Source of the DNA: Leucoraja erinacea
Taxonomy: Eukaryota
NCBI RefSeq assembly: GCF_028641065.1
Contig: NC_073392.1
Location: 38,006,001-38,070,000, forward strand
Direction: 5' to 3'
DNA: 64,000 bases
Under the pieces are notes generated by a model. The model was not told the DNA's origin. It worked only from the letters and a program-made list of their open reading frames with translations, and did no database searches. Both the position numbers and the translations under genes were made by a program. Below, piece by piece: positions 1 to 11,963 of the stretch. How positions within the stretch are numbered: the stretch's first letter is position 1; each line of letters opens with the position of its first letter.

Positions 1-44
1 ATATTTAATCTTTTATCATGTGTCCAGTCTAACCCTCTATGCAT

Positions 45-424
45 GTCACCTATCCATGTCATGTCTGAGGAAGGATCTTAACCCAAAAGGTCGCCTGTCC
101 ATGTTCTCCAGAGATGCTGCCTGACCTGCTGGATTACACCAACACTTTATTTTACTGAAGATTCCAGAATCTGCAGTTCCTTTTTACTCTTTATTAGTCA
201 GCTCCCAATATTTTCCCAAAAGGCCACTTTTTCTGATAATTGGAATTGTGAAATACATTTCAATATTGCTGAGCATTTCAAATTATCTAACAAGGAACTG
301 CAAATTCAGGAATCATAAGTAAAATAAAGTGTTAGTGTAATCCAGCAGGTCAGACAGCTTCTCTGGAGAACATGGACAGGTTTTGGATTAAGATCCTTCC
401 TCAGACATGACATAGATAGGTGAC
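45..424. repeat. Long inverted repeat (arms 45-182 and 292-424)
   Basis: The arms are reverse complements over about 135 bp, both derived from the Penelope terminal unit. Confidence 0.9.
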
Positions 425-464
425 GGTATGAACATTGACTTCTCCAATTTCAGGAAATACTCAT

Positions 465-762
465 CAGGTAAAGCTGCTGCCATACAGCACCAGAGACATG
501 GGTTTGTGCCTGACTGCGGGTGCTGTCTGTACAGAGTTAGTACATTCTCTCCATGACCTGCGTGGGTTTTCTCCGGTAAGCTCCGGTTTCCTCCCACATT
601 CCAAAGACATATAGGTTTGAAGGCTAATTGTCTTGGTATAAATGTAAATTGTCCTTGGTGTATGTACGATCGTGTTGGTGTGCATGGGATCACTGGTCGG
701 TGCGGACTCAGTGGGCTGAAGGGCCTGTTTAAGTGTTGTGTCTCTAATGTAAACTAAACTAA
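465..762 (+). mobile_element. tRNA-derived SINE (HE1/V-SINE type)
   Basis: GGGTTTTCTCCGG...GGTTTCCTCCCACA.TCCAAAGAC core, CR1-derived GAAGGGCCTGTTT tail and (CTAAA)n. Confidence 0.85.
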
Positions 763-969
763 TTTGATGTTTCAGATGAAAGGTTGGTCATCAAATGCTG
801 ATTATTTTTCTCCATTGATATCACTTGACCAGTTGATTATTACCAGCTTTCATTCCGTTTTACATTCGATTTCCAGCATCTGCATTGATATGATTTTGGA
901 TAATAGTAAAGATTCGACTTTGGTAGTTGTAATCAGTTCCAACAGAGCCAAAATCATGAGAGTTGCAAC

Positions 970-1400
970 CAGGGCTGCCAACTCTCAAGCAAACTCTCAC
1001 GTCCTCACGCTCATCAGAAATTTTCTCACGCTCAGTGGTGAGAGTTTTGTGATCAACGACAACTTTCAAAAACTCGAGAGAGAACTGGAAGGAGACAGGG
1101 GGACAGGGGGGTGTTGAGGGGGGGGGTGAGAGCAGAGAGCGGGGACAGAGGGGGATGCGGAGAGAGGGGAGCGGGGCGAGAGAGAGAGAGGTGTTTGAGG
1201 GGCTGGCGAAAGAGGGAAGAAAGAGCAGCTCCGGGGGAGGAGCAGGCCTCAGTGAGAGAGAGAGGGAGAAAGAGGGCCGTAAAAGGAGGGGGTCGAGAGC
1301 GTTGCGCCGCTGCCGTGAGAGAGATGGGGGGGGGGCTGTGCCGAGATTTGCCAGAGGAGAAACCGGCATGGAGCCTGGGGGAGAGTGAGGCTGGGAGGGT
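970..1400 (+). mobile_element. Left end of the same CAGGGCTGCCAAC family
   Basis: CAGGGCTGCCAACTCTCA followed by CTCACG repeats and a purine-rich tract, as at 20635. Confidence 0.65.
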
Positions 1401-1554
1401 GAAATGAGGGGAGAGACAACCAGTGGCTGGTGAGGAAATAAGTACCAAGCACTGAGGTAGATACAGAGGGGAAGATAGTGGAATTCAGAACAGAGGGGGG
1501 TGAAAGAGAGGTGAAAGCATCCTGCTTGCCTGCTAGATTTTTCACTTACTGTAA

Positions 1555-1927
1555 CTGCAGGAGAAAATGTTCCCGATGGAGGGGGGAGCTCAGAACCAGG
1601 GGTCACAGTTTAAGAATAGAAGGGGGGGTCAGTTAGGACTGATAGAGGGGAGAGAACAGGGGGACTTTCTTCACACAGAGAGAGAGTTGTGAATCTGTGG
1701 AATTCTCTGCCACAGAAGGCAGTGCCGGCCAATTCACTGGATGTTTTCAGAGAGAGAGTTACATTTAGTTCTTGGGGCTAACGACATCAGAGGGATATGG
1801 GGATGAGAAAACAGGAAAGAGAGGGGACTGATTTTAGACGAAGGGGGCCATGATCACATTGAATAGAGACAGTGCTGGCTGAGCGTGAGGCCGATGGCAC
1901 CAAATTCCACGCACCTATTTTCTATGT
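1555..1927 (+). mobile_element. CR1/HER1 LINE 3' end (noisy)
   Basis: GTTGTGAATCTGTGGAATTCTCTGCCACAGAAGGC (VVNLWNSLPQK) and a CACCTATTTTCTATGTTT tail. Confidence 0.8.
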
Positions 1928-2269
1928 TTGAGAAATTCTGTGATCAACGAATATATAGCATATAAACTGCATGGACCCGCGGGTGTTGGAAGCGGAAGCA
2001 GCGGGCCCCCAGATGCGGACCCCCCCCCCCTGGTGAGTGTTTGTCGGGCTGGTGAGTCGCTCACTGCAGACTCTCAGCCTCAGTGCAAGAGTCCCGGGCC
2101 GTCGGAGACGTTGAAGCTTTGCGCTGCTGCTGTGAGAGTCTCTGTGCCGAATTCGCCCAGGTGACCGGCATTGCAGTGGCTGGTGGAAGTAAGTACCAAG
2201 CACTGGTTGCAACGGTGGAAATGTGGAAAAAGGGGGTGGTTGGTGGTAACATCCGACCAATAGATTTTA

Positions 2270-2572
2270 TACTGCAAAGGAAAAAGTTCCCTTTAAAGTT
2301 GCTCAGAAATGTTTAAGAATAAAGGGGGGGGTCAGTTAGGACTGAGATGAGAACAAACTTTCTTCATGCAGAGAGTTGTGAATCTGTGGAATTCTCTGCC
2401 ACAGAAGGCAGTGCAGGCCAATTCACTGGATGTTTTTCAAGAGAAGTTACATTTAATCTGAGACATCAAGGATTAAAAAAAGTGATCAGGTTCTTTTTGC
2501 GAATAGCTTTGATCATATTGAAACAGTGCTGGTTCAGGGCCGATGGCTATCCCTGCAAAATGTTTCTATGCT
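2270..2572 (+). mobile_element. CR1 LINE 3' end (noisy second copy)
   Basis: Same motifs as 1555-1927, including the shared GGGGGGGTCAGTTAGGACTGA variant. Confidence 0.7.
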
Positions 2573-2639
2573 TGGTATAGCAAAAAATGCTGGAGAAACT
2601 CAGCGGGTGAGGCAGCATCTATGGAACGAAGGAATGGTT

Positions 2640-2667
2640 GACGTTTCGGGTCGAGACCCTTCTTCAA
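2640..2667 (-). ncRNA. Minimal hammerhead ribozyme-like motif (C3 changed to U) in unit 2578-2667
   Basis: Reverse complement reads UUGAAGA-A-GGGUCUCGACCC-GAAAC-GUC. Confidence 0.45.
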
Positions 2668-5370
2668 CCATTCTTATTACACTTTGTCATTGTGGAATAA
2701 TAATGGAAGAATCGCCTGCCATTTAAACTGCAGCAGGTAGTTTGCATCCTCTCTAAACATAAAAATCATTAATAGGAAAAAAAATCAGCAAAAATCTCAA
2801 ATTTATTGTAGTCCAGCCTTTACAATACTAATTTAATAAAATATAGAATAAAATCTTTCCTAATTTATCAGTGCAAGCTCTATGGGTTTGCTGCGATGAA
2901 TGTCGTTGCATTATCCTTACAAACGCCTATTGCATACACTGGCATTACAGTCTACCAGATGATTACTCTCATCCTGCAGTGTAGGGCTTAAGTGTGCTGA
3001 TACTTATTTGCATAATATTGAGAGTGAAGAGAGCCTTGGCTATTTGTGTGTAATGCTGTTACACGTGTGATGTTCAAATTCATTCTTTGCCACTTCCTGA
3101 TTCCCAATCCTGATTTATACTGACGTTTTAACAGCCGGCGACCTTGAAACATGATTGTTTAACAGAAGCAATTATCAGGGGAGCTTGCATTAGGTTACAC
3201 TAGATCATGAAAGCTGCTGAATAGAGAAAGGCAGGCACAAAGTACAGCCCATTGCATCAATGTTATATGAATTTGCTGATCGGTAAATCCATCAACATAG
3301 GCCTGCCCTGAGCTCCACAACGAGGCACCGTAACAGCTTCATCTTCCTTCAGTCACTGCAATACCACTGCATCCGGAACCTTGACAGCTTCAGCTGGGTA
3401 TTTTTATTTATTCATGGCCTGCAAAAGCATGAAGTCAGAGGTAGGTGAATTATGCAGTGCAGCAAGTGACTGCAGTAACATTTGTAATCTGATGAATAAG
3501 CTGTCTGAATCTTCGACTTCATCGGTGTTCACATACTGGTTTAACAGTGGGACAGTATTGACGTTATGAGTGCAGTAAGCTACAATTTGTTGTGTGATGT
3601 AATGAAGGAGAGATATAGAAGGTGTGGATAGAGGGCAGATTTACATGGAAGTTGAAACTCTGTTTTAGTGGAGGCGAGCAATAATATTTCTTAAAATACA
3701 CTGTATTGCTCTTGAAGCATGACAACAAAGCTAAAAGGAGCAGTTATGGGCAGAGGTCATTTATTTGTGTTTCGTGTGTGAGGTGTGTAGTCAAGTGATG
3801 TCATTCAGGTGTAACCTGAGATGTTTAAATAATCCCGAGGTATTTTGTTTTATTGTTTGGAAGGTGATAATTTAATGAAGGGAAACAGACGGGGTGACCA
3901 AGGGTAAAGGGTAAACTAAAGAGAACAAGTAAAAATTACTGTGAATCTCACTTTTTAACAAGGAAGGGAAGAAAGTCCAGGTTATAATTGAAATTTAATC
4001 TGATATCATTTTTAATTGATTAACAGAAGATATCCATAATAAATAAGAACTCCTTTTATTAAATAGTTGCAACATTGAGCAATGGTTATGACTTTGTTGT
4101 GTTAATGAAACAGATTGTCCTCAAGCAGGCATAAATACTTGGTTAAAAAGATATATTGATTTTTTTTTAGCAATGTTCCTTCAAAATAAAACGCAAGATA
4201 TGTAGGATAATATTTTTTTATTTCACTGCCATCCTTGAGAATTAATTCTCTTAAAAACAGTAATAATACTTTGATTGTTAACAAAAAGCTTTTTTGTGTA
4301 TTTGCATTTGTTCTTATGTTTCCTGGGCTACGAGATTGTGAAAATACTGTTCTTTATTAAAAATGGTGTGTCTTGAAATTGTTCTTTTTACATTAAGGTA
4401 CTCTGGGGTGATGACATGGGGGCAAGTTTGGTTTGATGTGCTAACTGAATGGATCTTTCAGCAAATGGAGGAGATTTTTACAAATGGAAGATGTTAATGC
4501 TTTCAATAAATATTATTCATTTTGAAAAGGTGATGAAGAAGTTAATAAAGGCAGGGCGGTAGACATTGTTTACCTAGACTTTTTAGCAAGGCCTTTGACA
4601 AGTTTATGTTTGGTAAGCTAGTCTAGAAGTTCAGATCACTTGAAATCCAGAGTGAGCTAGAAAACTGGATACAAAATTAGCTTGATGGAAGGAGTTAGAG
4701 GTTGGTAGTGGAAGGTTGTTATTCCGTTTAGTGGCCAGTGGTGTATTGTTATTGTTTGCTGCTAGATCCACTTTTGTTTGTCATCCGTGTTAATGATTGG
4801 GTTGACGATGTTGTTAACAGATGCAAATGACACCAAGATTTGTGATGTAATGGACAGTGCAGAATATTCTCCCAGATTGGACCAGGATCTAGATCAAATG
4901 GGAAAGTATACTAAGGAATTACAGATAGAATTTAACACAGATAAGTGCAATGCGTTGCATTTTGATAACTTAAACTAGGCCAGGACTTGAACAGTAAATG
5001 GTTGGACCTTGGAGAGTATTGTAGAATAGAGAGACCAAGAGGTACAGATATTTACTTCCCTGAAAGTGGTGACGCAGGTAGTCATTGTTGTGCAGAAGGG
5101 GATTGGCATACTTGCTTTCACCGGTCAGGGCCACCCAGCACAGGCGGTTGGACATCATGTTGCTGTCATTGGTGAGGCCACACTTGGAGTATTATGTGGA
5201 GTTCTGGTTGCCCAGCTAGAGGAAGCATGTTATTAAGCTGGAAATATACAAAGAAGTTTCATGTGGATGTTATTGGGACTTGTGGGCTGGAACTATAGGG
5301 AGAGTCTGGGTAGGCCGGAACTGTTTTCCTTGAGTCGAAGGAGATTGAGGGATGACCTTATGGGGGTAAA

Positions 5371-5720
5371 CAGGTCCACCACCGATTTTCCAGCACCCTT
5401 GGTTCCAGAGCATTGCTGTATCATCCGTTTTGCCGGCCTTCCAAGAGTAGTCGAACGGTCCGCCTAGCCGAGGAATCCCAGATACCAGCTCACAAAGTCA
5501 ACCTCGGAGGTTGGCTATGGGAATGGATCTGCCAGCTCCGTCCAGGCTAGAATTTCAAAGCCCCAGCAACGAGGCAAATTCGACCCACCTATTGGCTGTG
5601 GAAGTTGGCTATGGGGACTGATGTGCCGGCTGTGGCGGGGCTGGAGTTCCAGAGTCCCATCTGCAGGATGAAAGTTTGACCCCCCGCCGACCCCCCCCCC
5701 CCCCCCCCCCCCCCCCCCAT
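5371..5720 (+). mobile_element. Probable non-autonomous DNA transposon fragment (Tigger/pogo-like end) inside a CR1
   Basis: Starts CAGGTCCACCACCGATTTTCCAGCACCCTTGGTTCCAGAGC, homologous to the reverse complement of 11895-11963. Interrupts a CR1 that resumes at about 5730. Confidence 0.45.
5691..5718. repeat. Poly-C tract (28 nt)
   Basis: Direct reading. Confidence 0.9.
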
Positions 5721-6444
5721 CTAAAACTTCTGAGCCTAGGTTTGAAATGAGAGGCAACATTATTTAAGTGACCTAAGGGACAACTTTTTTACACAGAGGC
5801 TGGTGGATATATGAAACCCGCTGCCAGACAAAGCTACAGAGTTAGGTACAATTACAATATTTAAAAGACATTTGGAAAGGTACATGGATTAAAAAAAGGT
5901 TTTAGAGGAATATGGGACAAACACAGACAAATGGAACTTGCACAGATACATATCTTGGTCAGCATGGATGAGTTGGCTGAAGGACCTGTTTCTATGCTGT
6001 TTACCTCTATTACTAATTAGAGCAATAGCTGTGTAGCTGATTTTTAAAATATTTCGAACTTGAAGGTGTGGAATGTTGATTTATTTTATTGAAGGACAGC
6101 TGGGAGATTCCTAATCCTATCAGTTAATTATTGGAAAAAATGCAAATCCAAGAATAGATATTTTCATTAGGAGTGTTTATTTTAAATTAAACATTACTCC
6201 ATTTCTCAAGAACTTTTAGTTCTTTATAATCTTTTAACTAGAGAGCAGTCATAAGCTACTATCTACTTAATTGACGACCCTTGGACCATCCTTAACTGGA
6301 CTTCACTGGACTTTATCTTGCATGAAACATTATTCTCTTTATCATGTATCTGTGGATGGCTCGAATGTAATCATCAATCGCTGACTGGTTAGCTTGCAAA
6401 AAAAAGCTTTTCACTGTACCTCAGTATACGTGACAAACTAAACT

Positions 6445-6645
6445 CCCTTGACTGTGTGGGTGTTCTCCAGGTGCTCTGGTTTCATCCCACATTCCATAGA
6501 AGTGCAGGTTTGTAGGTTACTTGGCTTCTGCAATTTGTCTATAGTGTACAGGATCTAACCCGTATACGAGTGATTGCTAGTCAGCGCAGACTTTGTGGGC
6601 CAAAAGGCCTGTTTCCACGTTGCATCTCTAACCTAAACTAAACTG
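6445..6645 (+). mobile_element. HE1/V-SINE, 5'-truncated
   Basis: Core plus (CTAAA)n tail. Confidence 0.75.
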
Positions 6646-6764
6646 AACAAGGACCTTGGATAGACACAATCTGCTGGAGTAACTCTGCGGGACAGGCAGC
6701 ATCTCTGGAGAAAAGGAATGGGTGATGTTTCGAGTTGAAGTCCTTCTTCAGACCTTTCACATCT

Positions 6765-7560
6765 ACTGCGGCTCCACACAGAGATGATCACTTCGGTTTC
6801 TGAGAGGCCCGATTGTCTCCCTAGTTACTTTCCTTCCCTAAATGTAGTTATAAAATCTCTTTGGATTTTCCATATTATTATCTACCAGAGTTAGCGCCTG
6901 CCCTCATTTTGACCACCTGATTTATTTCTTAAATATGTTCCTCAGTTCCCAAACCTCCTCCAGGAATACACTTGATCCCAGCTGCCTAAACCCATCCCAT
7001 ACCTCCTTTGTCTTCATCAGAGCCTCATCATCCAAGTTTCCATACTCCTACTTGCTTTGTCCTTCTCTCAAATAGGAACATTTGTGGCCTAAACTCTGGT
7101 CTCACTTTCCGTTCGTTCCTTTGCCCGCAAACAACCTACGCCAATAAACTTGAGCAAGTTCCTGTCTAATGCCCTCAAAGTTGGCCTTGCCCCAATTAAG
7201 AATTTTAACTCGTAGGATGCCACGTCCTTAGCCATCTATCTATATATTATTAAAACTCTCATCTTGACCACTTCCTGTCTGCGTTGTAATTAAATTTGCG
7301 CAAAATTTGTCCCCCATAGCGCTATGATTTTTCGCCAGCCTACTCACCATCTCCTCTGCTGCGTCAAATGGGTTTTGTTCCGATCGATGAAATAGTACAA
7401 CAGTTATGAAGGTTTTGAAGGTTTTCCCTCTCCACCACACACCCCCTCCAGCACCCCCCACCCCTCCCACTTGGCACTATGGTAATGCCAGTCTATGTTG
7501 GGAAAGTTTAAATCCCTGCTGTGGCAACCTTATTAGTCTCGCTGCTCCCTGCAGTCTCCT
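6765..7560 (-). mobile_element. CR1 LINE endonuclease/linker fragment
   Basis: Minus-strand GDLNFPNIDW-like motif near 7490-7520 and downstream ORF2-like sequence. Confidence 0.55.
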
Positions 7561-9017
7561 GACATTTACATGTCACTGAAAGCAGTGCTTTAACTGATAT
7601 ATCAATTATTTCAAGGGTAAATGTTCCAGCATCCAAGTTAGCTGCTGAATGCCGAGCCCTTTCATTCCATAAATTGCCAGGTGGAACAAATCCATTGTAA
7701 AGGGTGTTTTAGAACAGTGTTATCTCCAAAGCTAGGCTCCACTACGCTGCGATACTTAACCTAGCTGGATGAGAAATTTACGAACATTCAGTGCATTAGA
7801 ATTCCATGCTGTTCTGATGAGGTCATCTTCCCCAAAATGCACAGCAGGAAGAAATTATACTTTTGCCAGTTGGGTTTCAATGGAACATTTTAAAGATAAA
7901 TACTGGTATGTTGATATTCCCCTTTGCTGAACAGCTTTGAAAACAGATATTCTTGTGGTTGAAGAGAACAAGGACAGATTTGGTTTAATACAGTAGTTAA
8001 AAAAGTACTTCTAATATTTTTCTGCAAACCTTAACCAAGCTAGCAATTTCTAAAATCAAATTAAACACTGTACTTTGTTTGAACCTGAAAACATGAAGGG
8101 GAGAACTGGGACTAAAGAGGATTTGCAGAGAAAATGATGATTATTTTGAGATAAAAGGATGATCACCAAATAATTGGGACTGTGTTTGAAAGCAGGGAAA
8201 CAATGGTCTCTCCAGCAGGTTCTAGTCTATTGCCAATATAGTTGCTGATATCAGCAACATAAATGCTACAAGTGGAAACTGGCCATCATTACACATGATG
8301 CTTGTTGGTGTCTATTGAAAAGGAATGCAGCATCCACCGATGGGACTTTGAAATGGGACTTTGAATGAGATGAAACAATACTTCTGTGCAGCCTTTATGA
8401 TAATTGAAGTCACTTTTGTAATTTGGAATAGCTTGTCTAAGAGAACAATCTTTTGGACGCAAGTCTCAAGATGAAACCTTTATTTTCAATAACTGAAATT
8501 TGTTGTATCTCAAATGTTCAATCAAAATCAGAGGAACATTGACACAGGAGTAGACCAATCTGCCCTTTGCCCTGTTCTGCTATTCAATTAGACCATTGCT
8601 GATCTGCATCATAACTCTATTTACTTGCTTTGGTCTGTATTGCTTAATACCAAACAAAAAAAAATACTTGTCTGAATTTGAAATGGTCAAATTATTAGTT
8701 TCTCAGTTTTCTCTTGGTGCAGAGTACAAGTGTGAAGTCATAGTTATTACAGAGTTGTGAGCTAAATACTCATGGTTTCTTCTCCCCAAAGTCGCCACAT
8801 GGCAAAATGATCCAAATATGAATCCAAACAAACACTGCATTTGAACAGAAACAAAATGAAAACGTTAAGGTTCTCTCTTGAGAGATGACGTCAGCTGTGG
8901 ACCTGTTGCAGCGGTAAACTGCAGTGGATGAAGGCTGGCTGGAAGGCTGGAGTTAATGTGCGTCAGTCTCTCAAAACATTTCTTTGTGATCCCATTTTCT
9001 CATCCATTGTCTACACT

Positions 9018-9360
9018 ACAGGCTAGATGCAGGAAAAATGTTCCCGATGTTGGGGGAGACCAGAACCAGGGGTCACAGTTTTTGTGGAGAATTTAGGACT
9101 GAGATGAGGAAAAACATTTTCACCCAGAGAGTTGTGAATCTGTGGAATTCTCTGCCACAGAAGGCAGTGGAGGCCAATTCACTGGATGTTTTCAAGAGAG
9201 AGTTAGACTTAGCTCTCAGGGCTAACAGAATCAAGAGATATAGGGAAAAAGCAGGAACAGGGTACTGATTTTGGATGATCAGCCATGATCATATTGAACG
9301 GTGGTGCTGGCTCAAAGGGCCAAATAGCCTACTCCTGCACCTACTTTCTATATTTCTACA
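9018..9360 (+). mobile_element. CR1 LINE 3' end
   Basis: MFPMLGETRTRGHS...FTQRVVNLWNSLPQKAVEANSLDVFKRELD. Confidence 0.9.
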
Positions 9361-9633
9361 CATTATCCATTTATCAGGCGCTCCCTACATGTTGGGTGCA
9401 ATTTACACTGGCCAATGAACCCACAAACCAGCACTCTTTGGGATGTTGGAGGAAACAAGAGGACCCAAGCAAACCCATGCAGTCATAAGGAGAATGAGCA
9501 AACTCCACAGACTGCCCAAGTGTGGCACCATCTTTTGTAGGACTCGAACTAGGCGGCAAATCATTTGTAAATGCTCCATGATGGTATTGTTGACAGCTTT
9601 CCAGTACAGATGGGGCAGTAATTAATGAGCTTT

Positions 9634-9892
9634 AGGGCCAGTCCCACTTGGTGATTTTTTCAGTGACTGCCGCCGACATATCAGTGTCGCCATAAGATCT
9701 TGAACATTTCAAAATCCAACGGCGACAAAAATTGTTGCGTCACTTAAAAGAACACGCGTCATAGGTCATCACGCCATGTCATAAGTAATCACGCCGCGTC
9801 ACCGCCGCATCTCACCGCGTATTTTTCGGTGACCTGATACATCAGTCAATGATGCCGGCAGTCGCCAAAAAAATCGCCGTCGGACAGGACCT
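9634..9892. mobile_element. PIF/Harbinger-like MITE
   Basis: AGGGCCAGTCCCACTTGGTGATTTTTTCAGTGACTGCCG versus CGGCAGTCGCCAAAAAAATCGCCGTCGGACAGGACCT form an imperfect TIR, with TWA-like flanks. Confidence 0.7.
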
Positions 9893-10315
9893 TTAGATTT
9901 GTCCTGTTTCTTGTGGACTCGTGCAGTGAATTGCACTGGAACTGTTTGGAGAAAAGCGTCCAGTTAAACAGCAAAGTCTTCAACATCACACTTGGAATAC
10001 TCTCTGGTCTTGTTGCCTTTTGATGTGTTGGGTGATCTTTAGTTGTTACAGTTACATGAAGACATAAATTGAATTGATAAAAGACTGATTCTGGAGATGG
10101 GAAAGACTGAAAGAAAAAGTTGGCACTTCTGAGATTGTAGTAAAGGCTGTTTGGGCATTTGACTTTGAGCTTTGCCATTTTTGTGGAGAGGAATGTTTTT
10201 GTACACACATCCTTATGTCAGTTGTACGTTAGCTAAATTGATCTGTTGATTATGGATCGGTTAGCTCTATCCATTACATGTGCTTTTGCTGCATGACAAC
10301 CATGTAATCCCGTGA

Positions 10316-10880
10316 AGGTAGACACAACATGCTGGAGTAACTCAGTGGGTCAGGCAGCAGCTCTGGAGAGAAGGAATGGGTATGTTTTGGGTTGAGACCC
10401 TTCTTCAGATTGATGTCAGAGGAGGGGGCGGGACAAATGGAGGAGGCCCAGGACAGAAAGGTCAGATTGAGAATGGGAGGGGGAGTTGAAGTGCTGAGCC
10501 AGCGGGAGATCAGGTAGGTTAAGACGGACTGAGCAGAGGTGTTCAGCGAAACGATCGCCGAGCCTGCGCTTGGTCTCGCCGATGTACAGAAGTTGACACC
10601 TGGAACAGTGGGTACAGTAGAGGAGGGTGTAGGAGGTGCAAGTGAACCTCTGCCTCACCTGGAAAGACTGGGTCGTTGGATGGAGTCGAGGGGGGAGGTG
10701 TTGGATCTCCTGCGGTTGGAGGTGAAAGTACCTGGGGAGGGGGTGGGAAGGGACTGGTTGACCAGGGAGTTTCGGAGGGAATGGTCTCTGCGGAAAGCAG
10801 AATGGGGTGGAGATGGGAAGATGTGGCCAGTAGTGAGATCCCGTTGGAGGTGGCGAAAATGTTGGAGGATTTTCTGCTGT
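10316..10880 (-). mobile_element. Penelope-like retroelement 3' fragment (GIY-YIG endonuclease plus terminal repeat)
   Basis: QRFTCTSYTLLYCTHCSRCQLLYIGETKRRLGDRFAEHL...AQHFNSPSHSQSDLSVLGL, followed by the short terminal unit with a decayed hammerhead motif (10316-10410). Confidence 0.88.
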
Positions 10881-11235
10881 AATCCCCTGGAGTTTGGGTT
10901 GGCACCTCTGTTTCAGGTATTTAGTGTAGTTTCTAGCACAGTTTTATGCACTCTCCACTCTACCATGATTACTTGAGCGGGTGTCAGGTCAGGATATGAG
11001 TTTGTGTAGGAACATCAAACATAGGTACAACATTTTGTGTTCATCTTCAGGATATGAGTTTAGTTTATTAGTTATGTAACTTTTGGTAGTCTACATCATT
11101 GTGTGAGCTTCCAGCTTCATGGTGCCATATTGATTCTTGAATCTATCCATTTAACTCTGCAATATATAACGGTGAGGTGAGAATTACTTCATGTCAAATC
11201 AACAGAACATGGATAGGTGACAATGGGACCCTTCG

Positions 11236-11510
11236 GGTCACAGTTTAAGGATAAGAGGGAAGTCTTTTAGGACTGAGATGAGAAAATCATTTTTTACACC
11301 GAGAGTGGTGAATCTGTGGAATTCTCTGCCACAGAAGGTAGTTGAGGCCAGTTCATTGGCTGGATTTAAGAGGGAGTTAGATGTGGCCCTTGTGGCTAAA
11401 GGGATCAGGGGGTATGGAGAGAAGGCAGGTATGGGATATTGATTTGGATGATCAGCCATGATCATATTGAATGGCCTAATCCTGCACCTATTTTCTATGT
11501 TTCTATGTTT
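11236..11510 (+). mobile_element. CR1 LINE 3' end
   Basis: RVVNLWNSLPQKVVEASSL and a (TTTCTATG)n tail. Confidence 0.9.
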
Positions 11511-11569
11511 CCTCTGACTGATGCAGTCGGCTGAGTTACTCCAGCACTTTGTGTCGAATCCCTTTAAAA

Positions 11570-11963
11570 CTAGGCACCGATGCTGCTGATCTGCACCAGC
11601 GAGCCATTCTACAACATGAGCCGCAACAACAGCCGTGTCACCGGATCGTGCGGTGGGTGAAAGGGGCTCGTTGGTGCGCCTTGCGAGTCGGGAGTGGTGT
11701 CAGAAGCCGGGGCTACAAACGGCCAGGGAGATGGTGGGAGCCGGGGATGGGTGGGCAGGTCATTTCATTCACATTCAGTTTACATTTGATATTAGTTTTA
11801 TTTAAGTTTCTGGCACTCCATGGTGCTTTAGGGACACGGGAGACATTAGTGAGCCAGGGTAGCATTGTCGTTTCATTATCGTGTGACCTCTGTTGGTCTG
11901 GAAAAATGGATAATCCAAAAAGGCTCTGGAACCGAGGGTGCCGGAAAATCAGTGTTCAACCTG
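11570..11963 (-). mobile_element. Probable non-autonomous DNA transposon fragment related to 5371
   Basis: Ends GGCTCTGGAACCGAGGGTGCCGGAAAATCAGTGTTCAACCTG. Left boundary uncertain. Confidence 0.4.

Larger units (their letters stand above)
4519..6010 (+). mobile_element. CR1 LINE RT and 3' end, interrupted
   Basis: DANDTKI (FADDTK-derived), DQDLDQMGK, FNTDKC, RPHLEY, RRRLRDDL. Confidence 0.8.

Noticed and set aside
860-1606. 248-aa Pro/Ser/Leu-rich ORF
   Set aside because: It arises from a purine-rich low-complexity tract and noisy repeat sequence, with no domain or splice structure.
5691-5718. Poly-C/G tracts as functional G-quadruplexes (also 42093-42121)
   Set aside because: Both lie inside decayed elements and homopolymer length is unreliable in assemblies.
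5371-11963. Two related ends in inverted orientation as one 6.6-kb composite transposon
   Set aside because: The CR1 interrupted at 5371 resumes at about 5730, so these are independent insertions; there is no shared TSD.
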